From Mobula hypostoma (taxonomy: Eukaryota): a stretch of 64,000 nucleotides of DNA. How positions within the stretch are numbered: position 1 is the stretch's first letter; the number at the start of each line of letters is the position of its first letter. Made by a program: the position numbers and the translations under genes. Positions 36,051 to 47,200 of the stretch are shown here, in pieces. Where the stretch lies: the NCBI RefSeq assembly GCF_963921235.1, contig NC_086107.1, positions 46,748,001-46,812,000 of the forward strand. The letters run 5' to 3'. The notes under the pieces are model-generated. The model saw only the letters and a program-made list of their open reading frames with translations. It was not told where the DNA came from and made no database searches.

Positions 36051-36991
36051 ACACCAGATGATGTTTATACATTCCTCATCCTTCAACTTTGGCAAGGAAT
36101 CTCATTCCTGACCCAAAATATTAAGTGATTTCTCTTTCTGCAAATGTTGTTTGTTTTGTGTTCCAGTATCTCCACTTTTATTTGTTTTCTCTCAGAACAA
36201 AAAAAACCCAAAGGAAGACAGATTTGCTTGTCATCTAACAGACACATGAAGTATGAAAGGTTTCACCACTTGATTTCCTTTACGTATTTCATGCCTGCAC
36301 TTGGGAGCTCCCAAGACTTGACTAGAGAGCCAGAATATGGTACCAGCAGGGCTACAGTGTTGCTGAACATCAGACACCCTTGAGTTTTATCAACAGCATG
36401 ATTGCTACCACTGGTATTGGTATGTGACAATAACACCAACACCAAGATGTAGTGAAAAGATTTTGTTTGGAAGCCATCCAGACATATCATTCCATAAATA
36501 AGTATATTCAGGTTGCAAAAATAACAGAATGCATTTTATAGTCATGTATTTAGATAGGTCAAGTGCAGGCAAACAAATGAAGAACAAGAGCCAGACTGGG
36601 TAGATTGGTTACGGATTGCCAGTAGAAAGGTCTCAGCGCCAGCTAATGTTAAAAATTCCCATCACGGAACGGAGGGGTCCCTGGCGGGCTCTGGTCACAG
36701 GTTTTATTTTGGTAAAGGGTCGAGCATGAGAGGCGCTGGATCGGCAGCAGTCGCCGCCTCCCGAAGCGCTGAATGATTCTCTCTCTCTCCGAGGATGAGC
36801 AGGGTCACCGTCACCCCGCAGCCTCGTTTCCTGGACACCGCTTTCCGCCCACCTCTGTAAGACTGCAGCCTCAGTTTTCGATACGTTCTTACAACATTAA
36901 GGGCAATGCAATGTATACGGCCAGTCTTGCGGAGACGGTGCTTGACAAGACAGTATGGTTAAATTAAAACATATTCTATGATGATGGGTAT

Positions 36992-37029
36992 TTACCCGAA
37001 CAAACCACGTGAAGAATACGAAAGTGAAA
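36992..37029 (+). promoter_or_regulatory. GAS (TTACCCGAA 36992-37000), E-box (CACGTG 37006-37011) and ISRE/IRF-E (GAAAGTGAAA 37020-37029) cluster
   Basis: Consensus matches within 60 bp upstream of the ATG at 37051; function not shown. Confidence 0.55.
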
Positions 37030-37050
37030 ACAGTTGTTTTTCCATCTGAA

Positions 37051-37174
37051 ATGGCGGCGAAGCTGGGTTTTTCTTCCAGCCGCGCTTGGGCGAGGTCGCG
37101 GCGATACCGGTGGTCAGGGGCTTCGGGACCCCTGGTGTTGTTTCTGATTGTTGTGTGGTTCACCCCTGCGGCAG
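37051..37174 (+). CDS. NCR3LG1: Exon 1 (signal peptide) of a B7-H6/NCR3LG1-like gene
   Basis: Strong Kozak gaaATGG; MAAKLG...GPLVLFLIVVWFTPAA; phase-1 donor CAG|GTAAGG at 37175; splices in frame to 63778. Confidence 0.78.
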
Positions 37175-37779
37175 GTAAGGTGTCAGAGTGCGGTTACTCC
37201 TCTCCTCTGGGTAAAGCAGATTTAAACGGCGGGGCATAAAATGGAGTCTGGCTAAGGTTTCCTTTAAAAGAACATTCTCGAGAATCGTACAAAAAAGCTT
37301 AAAACTTTTGTAGTCTGTTCATAGGCGGCCTTAAGCATCTGCGGGCCCGTTTCAAGAGTTAATGTGGGGCCCTACCCCCGCTTCTCAAAAAAAAAGAAAG
37401 GAAAAAATCGAATATTCAAGTTGGTTTGCATCAATAATAGTATAATTTCGGACTTAAACGTTGATGCATTATATGCACTTTCAGCATAATGGACACACAG
37501 CTCAACATAATCCAAACAATTCTCTTAATTAAAAACTGAAACAATGACATTTTTTGCTTTGGAGAAGCCTCGCCCTTTTCAGCAACTATGTGTTAGGTAT
37601 CAGCTGACATAAGAACAGCTTAAACAATTTCCCTCAAATTAAATTAATAAGAAAAGCAATGTCATATTTAATGAAAATTCACACTTTATTTATTCAATGA
37701 ACATTGTCTGAAAGTTAACTACTGGATGTTTATAACAAAACTGCGTCTCGCGCTCTTTCAGCACCACGGACAGCTCCGT

Positions 37780-37909
37780 NNNNNNNNNNNNNNNNNNNNN
37801 NNNNNNNNNNNNNNNNNNNNNNNNNNNNNNNNNNNNNNNNNNNNNNNNNNNNNNNNNNNNNNNNNNNNNNNNNNNNNNNNNNNNNNNNNNNNNNNNNNNN
37901 NNNNNNNNN
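37780..37909. other. Assembly gap (130 N)
   Basis: Run of N. Confidence 0.99.
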
Positions 37910-40900
37910 ACGATTTGTGGAAACACCGCCTAATCGCCTATACAGATTTTGAGTGAAATTCATGGTTTATTTTATTACTTTAATTATAAACTTTATTTCT
38001 GCTAAAAATGTGTTAAAAGACTTACCACTAGAACTTCACCACCCTCCTGTGCTTGACTGCTGAGAATGAGCTCATCCTTGTCCAGCGATCTTGTTATTTC
38101 ATGCTCAGTTGATATCTGAGCAAGAGCTGACAGACGCTCCTGGAGCATAGTTGTCCTCAGATGCGTTTTGATGAGCTTTACCTCGAAAATCTTCTCTCTC
38201 CGCTCGCTGCAGTCACAGGCTCTGTCAGCATGAGTCTTAGAGCAATGGTGAGGTTAGGATACATTTCAACCAGATTGTTGCTGTAAATGTAGCTCAGAAT
38301 CTGCAAGCCAGTGGTTTCTTTTGCAAGCACGGCACTGACAGCAGCCGAAACCTCGCGCAAAAGGTCCTCAGCATCCACATTACCAAGTGTCCTCTCTCCA
38401 TGTTTACGCAGCTGTCTTTCAGTGTGCGACTTTGGATGGCTTTTTTAATTTCCTCTCTTCCATAAATGAAGCCAAACAGACTGTAAAATGACTCCATCAG
38501 CTTGAAGTGCTCACTAATGCCTGTGATGGCAGAGTCCACCAGTGGAAGGAAAAGTTCTCTCTGGTACCGTTCCTCGGGTGCCACTGTCAGGGAAAGATCT
38601 GCACTTTGGGGGCTCGTACTGGAACTGGCATTCTAGTTTTCTGATTCGTGCGATTGGAAAGACCATTGACATCCCTACCTCTTCAGCTATGTCTCTGGCA
38701 TCTGTTAGGGTGGATGAAAGGCCGTTCTCTCTGTATTCCTTTAGAAATTTCAGAACATATTCCACCTCGCGCTGTAGCAGATCAATTCCCACTTGTGAGC
38801 TGTGGAGCAGCTTGCTGACTTGACTCACCTCATGTAAAACGTTGTACCAGATGATAACAGTCAGCGTGAATTTCCATGACACGATCTCCTGTTCTAGGCC
38901 TCTGGCTGCAGATGTGGTTTCACTGTCACCTTTCTGTGTGGCATGTTCAATCAGTGACAGGAGCACATTGCCAACATCGGGAAGCTGGTCGCGCAGGACT
39001 TTCACACTTTCCACGCGGCACTCCCATCGTGTGTTGGATATGGCCTTGATGGTCATCTGTGGCACGTTCTTGAAAAGCTCCCATCTCTGTGTCGATGAGC
39101 TGAATAGATTAGATTATGAGGACACGCAGTCATCTTTTTTAATTTTCGAAATGATTACATAGAATGATAATATCTACCCTCCTCCCTCCCCTTAACCCTA
39201 CCCCCGATATATATCCCTACCTGAAAAAAAAGAAAAAGAAAGAAGAAAGAAGACCTGCCTAGATATTGGAAAGTTTCCACATGCTCCATGGGATTCAAAA
39301 TAAATTTAGTATATTTATTTATTACTTTCCCCAAGGGACCAACATCTTTATCATCGGAGCAACTAAATATGCCATCCTATCTTTTGTAAATATGGGTGCC
39401 AAATATTCAAAAATGTGTCATATTTATCTCTTAAATTATAAGTAATTTTTTCGAGTGGAATACAACTAGAAATTTCATTATTCCAACGATCCATACCTAA
39501 ATACGAATCTGATTTCCAAGTAACTGCTATAGCCTCCTTGACTACCGCCAATGCAATTTTTATAAATTCTTTCTGATATTTATTCAGTTTAAGTTTTGGT
39601 TTTATCCCTTCAATATCACCTAATAGAAATAATATAGGGTTATGTGGAAGTTGAGTTCCAGTAATTTGTTCCAATAAAACTCTTAAATTTATCCAAAAAG
39701 GTTGAATTTTGGAACAAGACCAAATAGAACGTAAGAAAGTACCAATTTCTTGATTACACCAAAAGCATTGATCAGATAAGTTTGAATTTAATCTATTTAT
39801 TTTTTGCAGTGTAATATATAATTGGTGTAAAAAATTATATTGTACTAATCTAAGTAGAATGTTTATTGTATTTGTCATGCTGTCAAGACACAGTCTTGAC
39901 CATTTGTTTCATCGATATTAATATTCAGATCTGTTTCCCATTTTTGTTTTGACTTGTGGATTCCTTGTTTAATTGTCTGTTTTTGTATCAAATTATACAT
40001 AAAAGAAATAATTTTAAAAATTTTTCCTTTTTGAATTAAAATTTCAATTTCATTGGGTTTTGGCAAAAACATTGTTTGACCCAGTTTGTCTTTTAAATAA
40101 GCCCTTAATTGAAGGTAACAAAAGAAAGTGTTATTTGATATTTTATATTTATTCATTAATTGTTCAAATAACATCAATATACCTCGTTCATAACAGTCTC
40201 CTATAGATCTAATCCCTTTTTGGTACCAACTATATAAAAGTTGATTATCCATCGTAAAAGGAATAAGTCTGTTTTGCATCAAAGGCCTCCTTGCTAATAA
40301 AGATTTCTTTATTTTATTATCAATGTTTATCTTATTCCATAGATCAATCAAATCTTTTAATATAGGAGATTCTTTCTTTTCCCGTATCCATTTAGATTCC
40401 CATTTATATATAAAATCTTCAGGTGTATTTTCTCCTATTTTATCTAATTCTATTCTAATCCATGCCGGTTTATGTTCATCAAAGAAAGATGCAATAAATC
40501 TAAGTTGATTTGCTTTATAATAATTCTTAAAGTTTGGAAGTTGTAACCCTCCTAACTCAAATTTCCATATCAATTTTTCCAATGATATTCTTGACATGTT
40601 ACCTTTCCAAAGAAATTTTCTCACACATTTATTTAACTCTTGAAAAAATTTCTGTGGCAATTGTATTGGTAATGTTTGAAACAAATACTGTAATCTAGGA
40701 AATATATTCAATTTTACAACGTTGACTCTACCCACTAATGTTATTGGTAGTATCATCCATTTGTCAAGATCTTCTTGAATTTTTTTCAATAGTGGTAAAT
40801 AATTAAATTTATATAAATTCTTTACATCATTATCAAGTCTTATACCTGAATACTTTATACCATTTACCGGCCACCTAAATTGGGTTACTAATCGACATTG

Positions 40901-42570
40901 GCTATAGTCTCCTTTAGTAAGAGATAAAATTTCACTTTTATTCCAATTTATTTTATACCCTGATAGTTTCCCATATTCATCCAATCTAGAAGATAATTTA
41001 CATAACGAATGCTGTGGGTTTGTTAAGTAAATCAAAACATCATCAGCAAATAGATTAATTTTATATTCCTCCTGATTAACTCTAAAACCCTCAATATCAG
41101 AATCAATTCTAATTAGTTCTGCTAATGGTTCTATTGCCAATACAAATAAAGCAGGTGATAATGGACAACCTTGTCTGGTTGACCTTTTTAACGGGAATGG
41201 TGTTGAAATTTGACTATTTGTCACTACTTTAGCATTAGGGTTAGTATTTAAAGTTTTAATCCAGTTTATAAAAGGTGTTTCTAACCCATATTTTTCTAAT
41301 ACTTTAAATAAAATATCCCATTCCAATCTATCAAATGCTTTTTCTGCATCCAAGGCTACTACTATACTCATCTCCTCCCTTTTTTGTGCCAAATGGATTA
41401 TACTGAGTAGCCGAGTTACATTATCTGCCAATTGTCTATTTTTGATAAATCCTGTTTAGTCCATATGTATTAATTTTGGTAAATATTTTGATAATCTATT
41501 CGATAAAATTTTTGCTATTATTTTATAATCCGTGTTCAATAAAGAAATAGGCCTATATGATGCTGGTTTTAAAGGATCTCTATCTTTTTTTTGGCAATAC
41601 TATTACAATCACTGCTGAGAAAGATTCTGGGAGTTCATGTATTTTTTCCGCTTGACGTATTAACTCCATAAAATTCAGGTGGAAAACCATCCTCTCCTGG
41701 AGATTTATTACTTCAAAGTGATCCTAACGCTTCTTCAACCTCTTTTAATGTAAAAGGCATATCTAATCCCTTCTGTTCTTCCAAATTCAATTTTTGAAGA
41801 GTTACTTGTGATAAAAAACCTTTCTATCTCATTAACATCATTTTGTGATTCCGATTCATATAATTCAGAATAGAAACTTTTGGAGGTTTCATTAATTTCT
41901 AAAGGTTTATAAGTAATTTTATTTGCACTTGTTCTAATTGCATTTTATCGTTTTGGAAGCCTGTTCTGTTTTCAACTGCCAAGCAAAAATTTTGTGTGCT
42001 CTCTCACCTAACTCATAATACCTTTGCTTAGTTCTCGTGATTGCTTTTTCCATTCTATATGTCTGAAGCGTATTATATTGTAACTTCTTATTGACAAGTT
42101 GCCTTCGTTTTTCTTCAGTCATATGTCTTTGAGATTCTTTTTCTAATTTTGCAATTGTCATGGTCCGGATCGGGTCCCTTTAAATTTACCTTGTTTATGT
42201 TACGATCTGGACCATTGATTCCCTGTTTTCCCGTGCCCTCGACTTTGGTGATTAGAAGGAATTAACCCTCGGCTGAACCGGTAGTTTATAGTCTCCGGCT
42301 TTCAGCCGTTCGGTGTGGGAGCGTCTTCAAAGTCTGCAAAGTCACGGTGTGCCAATGTCATCTGGCCGGAGCAAGCCTTGTCTCCGCCCGCAGCGAGTGT
42401 CGGTAATCTGCCTTTCCTCACTGGAGCAACCCTGTCCAGCTACCTCGCCAAAGTGAGCCTGCAAAGTTTCCTCATCAAGGTGGGTCCATCAGTTAACCCG
42501 TCAGAGAGAATCAAGAACCGCTGTCTACTGTTCTCAGGCCGAGTCAAGAGCTCGGCGCTACCCGGAGGTT

Positions 42571-43590
42571 CCAAGCACCACGTCCTGGCTCCGGGCGGCA
42601 TCCAAGTACCACGTCCATGTCCTGGCTCCGGGCGGCATCCAAGTACCACGTCCACGTCCTGGCTCCGGCGGCATCCTAGTACCACGTCCACGTCCTGGCC
42701 CTGGCGGCGTTCAAGTACCACGTCAAGTCCTGGCCCTGGCAGCATCCAAGTACCACGCCAGGTCCTGGCTTTGGCGGCGTCCAAGTACCACGCCACGTCC
42801 TGGCTCCGGCGGCGTCCAAGTACCACGTCCACATCCTGGCTCCGGCGGCGTTCAAGTACCACGTCCACATCCTGGCTCCGGCGGCGTCCAAGTACCACGT
42901 CCACATCCTGGCCCTGGCGGCGTTCAAGTACCACGTCAAGTCCTGGCCCTGGCGGCGTCCAAGTACCACGTCCACGTCCTGGCCCTGGCGGCATTCAAGT
43001 ACCACGCCAGGTCCTGGCCCTGGCGGGATTCAAGTATCATGTCAAGTCCTGGCCCTGGCGGCATTCAAGTACCACGTCCACGTCCTGGCTCCGGCGGCGT
43101 CCTAGTACCACGTCAAGTCCTGGCCCTGGCGGCGTCCAAGTACCATGCCAGGTCCTGGCTTTGGCGGCGTCCAAGTACCACGTCCACGTCCTGGCTCCGG
43201 TGGCGTCCTAGTACCACGTCCAAGTCCTGGCCCTGGCGGCATTCAAGTACGACGTCAAGTCCTGGCCCTGGCGGGATTCAAGTATCATGTCAAATCCTGG
43301 CCCTGGCGGCGTTCAAGTATCATGTCAAGTCCTGGCCCTGGCGGCGTCCAAGTACCACGTCCACGTCCTGGCTCCGGCGGCGTCCTAGTACCATGTCAAG
43401 TCCTGGCCCTGGCGGCATTCAAGTACGACGTCAAGTCCTGGCCCTGGCGGGATTCAAGTATCATGTCAAATCCTGGCCCTGGCGGCGTTCAAGTATCATG
43501 TCAAGTCCTGGCCCTGGCGGCGTTCAAGTATCATGTCAAGTCCTGGCCCTGGCGGCTTCCCAGTTCTGAGTCTAGTCCTGGCCCTGGTGG
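42571..43590 (+). repeat. GC-rich minisatellite, 35/36-bp units, roughly 28 copies
   Basis: Variants caagtaccacgtccacgtcctggctccggcggcgtc (36) and caagtaccacgtcaagtcctggccctggcggcgtc (35), interleaved. Confidence 0.95.
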
Positions 43591-43739
43591 TCTGTGATTC
43601 CTGTCCTACCCCCTTGTCTGAATCCCTTCTCTGCCCCTCTGGCCTCTAGCCCTCGTCTGCAGCCCCCGCCTGCACTTTAGTCTAGTTCCATCACCAGAGC
43701 TAGATAGGTACTGTCTGGTGTTCATTCGTGTTGATCTTG

Positions 43740-44010
43740 TCTTGTCTTGTCCTCACCTCCATGGGGTAAGTCTGGCCGTCTTGCCGTTGCCCCGCGGGGA
43801 GTCATGTCTTCTCCTGTCCTGTCCTCGCCTCCATGGGGTAAGTCAGGCCGTCTTGCCATTGCCCCACGGGGAGTCGTGTCTTGTCTTGTCCTTGTCCCCT
43901 GGGGTAAGTCAGGCTGTCTTGCCGTTGCCCTGCGGGGGGGTCATGTCTTGTGTCTTGTCCTCGCCTCCGTGGGGTAAGTCAGGCTGTCTTGCCGTTGCCC
44001 CACGGAGGGT
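43740..44010 (+). repeat. Tandem repeat, ~66-72-bp unit x4
   Basis: ggggtaagtc(a/t)ggc(c/t)gtcttgcc recurs at 43763, 43835, 43901 and 43971. Confidence 0.9.
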
Positions 44011-44013
44011 CAT

Positions 44014-44245
44014 GAGTCCCAGCCCTATGTCCTGTACCCAAGGAGGGGTCCCGGCTCTCTGTTCTGTGTGCGAGTCCCAGCCCTATGTCCTGTACCCAAG
44101 GAGGGGTCCCGGCTCTCTGTTCTGTGTGCGAGTCCCAGCCCTATGTCCTGTACCCAAGGAGGGGTCCCGGCTCTCTGTTCTGTGTGCGAGTCCCAGCCCT
44201 ATGTCCTGTACTCAAGGAGGGGTCCCGGCTCTCTGTTCTGTGTAT
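44014..44245 (+). repeat. Tandem repeat, 58-bp unit x4
   Basis: gagtcccagccctatgtcctgtacccaaggaggggtcccggctctctgttctgtgtgc at 44014, 44072, 44130 and 44188. Confidence 0.95.
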
Positions 44246-47200
44246 GTGTCCATGGTTCCATGTACCTGCTCTCCTGTGACCGAGGCTCTGTTTTCCATGT
44301 TCCTCCTCTCCCTAGCCCAAGTCATACCCATTCCTGGTTCTTGGGTCCGAGCCCGAGGCAAGACCCAGGTACTCTAACCTCTTCATGTCTCCTCTAGTTC
44401 TGGGAGCCGTTTCCGAGTCCAAGCCCAGACCCTTGGTCCCAGCCTAGTCGTAGTCCTCAGTCCTTATCCTGTTCGCTATTCCTGCTTCTGTCTTGCTCTC
44501 CTGGTATCGTACAATAAACTAAACCCAAGTAACCTCACAAGAAGTGTCTTGCATTTGGGTCCACCCTTGTTTCCAATGCCCCACCACTGTGAGAGTAATC
44601 TCTTTTTCCAATTGATCTAGTTCTGCCATATATTCTTTCTTAATTTTAGATGTATGACTTATTATCTGACCCCTCAAGTATGCTTTCATCGCATCCCATA
44701 GTATAAATTTATCATCCACTGAATGAGAGTTTGTATCCAAAAAAAATTGGATCTGTTTTTTCATAAAATCACAACAATGTTGACGTTTAAATAATGTTGA
44801 ATTAAATCTCCATCTATAAGTCACTTCTTCCATATCAGTCATTATTATTATCATTAATAAAGGAGAGTGATCTGACAATATTCTTGCTTTATATTCCATA
44901 TTTTTCACTCTGTGTTGAATATTGATTGATAATAGGAAAAAATCTATCCTTGAGTAAGTTTTGTGTCTATTAGAATAGAACGAATAGTCTCTTTCTTTGG
45001 GATTGATGCTTCTCCATTTATCAATCAAATTTAAATCTTTCATCAATGATAAAGTTAGTTTTACTACCTTCGATTTTGTAACAGCCTTAGTTGATCTACC
45101 TAAGACTGGGTCTAGGCAAAAATTAAAATTTCCTCCTATTAATATTTTTTCATGTGCATCAGCCAAGTTCAAAAAAGGTTCTTGTATAAATTTTGTATCA
45201 TTTTCATTTGGTGCATAAGTATTCATGACAGTCTATAATTCGGAAAAAAGTTGTCAGTGTATAATCATATATCTCCTCGCAGAATCGATTATTACATTTT
45301 GTATTCTAATTGGTAACTGTATTCTAATTGTATTCTAATTGCTACTCCCCTCGCTTTTGAATTAAATGAAGCTGCAACAACACTACCCACCCAATCTCTC
45401 TTTAATTTCTGATGGTCTGCTTCTGTTAGATGTGTTTCCTGCAAGAAGGCTAAATCTTCCTTCATTTTCTTAAATATGTGTTAAGATTCTTTTCTTTTCA
45501 CCGGTCCATTAAGCCTATTAACATTAAAAGTCAAAAAATTCAATAAATTAGTCATTATTCTTAACAAAGTTACTCCAATCTAAAGCATTACTTAACATCT
45601 TAACTCTCATAGTTCCTTGGGGAATCTCTTTAAACTTCACCATGTTGCTATGTGTTTCCCTCCCAATCATCCAGGCAAAAAGAAAGAAATTAAAGATAGA
45701 TATAACACAAAAAGAAAAATAACAAAATACCCCCGTACTAATGTTGTGAATGAAAAAAAAGCACAACACTACCCCCCTCCATTTTGCAGGTCATGGCTAT
45801 AGCCACGCTTGCACACATGAATTCCGTAGCGGTTGGTCAGTATTTCTTCCAGCTCCCCCATAACAAAAAAATTGTATATATATAGAAAAATTAATGTCAC
45901 TATTCCCAACTAATATTCTTCAAACTTTAACCTTTCTTCCCCTCTATCATATAATTAATAATATACTTATATATTCTTTCGCCTTTAAGAATCCACCAAG
46001 TCTATTCCTTGACCAAATCTTCATCTTTAATCCATCTCACTCCCTTGGGTTTGTTCTTGTATCTTCGAAGAATCTCGCACAAACTCCTCCGCTTTCTGGT
46101 AATCGTCAAAAAATCTTTTTTCTCCGCCAGCCAAAAAATCTTCAAGGTTGCAGGATAACGCAGTACAAATTGATAACCATGATCCCATAGGACTTTTTTC
46201 ACTGGATTAAATTTCTTTCTTCTCTTCAAAAGTTCATAACTTATGTCAGGGTAGAAAAAAATTTTGTTCCCTTCTATCATCAATGGCCCTTTTCTGTTCT
46301 TGGCAGCTTGGGCAGCCACCTGTAGAATCCTTTCTTTGTCTTGAAATCTTAAACATTTTACTAAAATTGATCGTGGATATTGGTCATCTTCTGGTTTTGG
46401 TCTTAGAGCTCTACGTGCCCATTCAATTTCAATTGATCGGTCTCCCTCTTTCATTTGCAAAGTTTCCGGGATCCATCTTTGAAAAAATTCTGTTGGATTG
46501 TCTCCCTCTGTACCTTCTTTAAGATCAACAATCTTAATATTATTTCGTCTACTAAAATTTTCCAGCACGTCCACTTTTTCCAACAGTCAATTTCTTTCCG
46601 TTTTCCAGACAAGCGTATCATTTTCTGTTTTTTCCACTCTGTCGTTAATATGTTCTATTGTTCTTTCCAACTTTTGAAGTTTCTTATCCATTTTCTCCTG
46701 TCTTTTCATAGCTTTATCATAGCTCAGCTTCATGTTTCTAATCTCTATTTTTCATCCTTTTAATTCAATCATTACTTGCAATAAAGCCTCTTTTATGTCT
46801 CCATCATATCCTTTACTTTAGTCGCTTCCAGTTCTTCCTCCTCTTCTTCATCTGTGTTCTCTGCGGAATCCAATTCTGACTCTGAGTCACTTTCGCTTGC
46901 AGTGGCCGTCAGTTCTTGTAGTTTGAGTTGTATCGATTTGCGCATGCCTACTTGTCTGCGCATGCGCAAGTCCAGCATCTTCTTCCCAGGGACCGCTACC
47001 GCCGCCATTGCTCCCTGTTCTTCTTCGCCAGAGATAAAATGTGTCTCCTCAAAAGGAGGTCCAACCCGAGTCCGAGGTTCCATCGCTGCAGTAGGCCTTT
47101 ATTTCTTCCCGTCTCATGGTGACTTCACAACAGGAGACTTCTTCTGTTGCAATTTACGAGGCATATCGTAAAATAGTCTTGAGAAGTTTATAAGTAGTTT

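Larger units (their letters stand above)
36600..37400 (+). promoter_or_regulatory. CpG-rich promoter/first-exon region
   Basis: Marked CpG enrichment relative to the CpG-depleted surroundings, centred on the leader exon. Confidence 0.7.
42156..44594 (+). mobile_element. 2.4-kb solo LTR (Gypsy-type) inside L1 ORF2
   Basis: tgtcatgg...tgcatttgggtcc...tgtgaga; 5-bp TSD gcaat/gtaat; excision restores LEKEIAKLEK; AATAAA at 44513-44518; no coding remnants seen. Confidence 0.8.

Noticed and set aside
37009-37239. ORF-track 76-aa ORF as the full protein
   Set aside because: It starts at a GTG and reads through the splice donor; the ATG at 37051 with a donor at 37175 fits a leader exon better.
37690-37963. 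ORFs spanning X runs
   Set aside because: Artefacts of the 130-N assembly gap.
42571-43590. CRISPR-like array
   Set aside because: Units are contiguous variants with no unique spacers, the context is vertebrate, and there are no cas genes.
42315-44397. Many long overlapping ORFs (298, 184, 176, 219 aa and others)
   Set aside because: They arise from stop-poor GC-rich tandem repeats open in several frames on both strands; no domain evidence.
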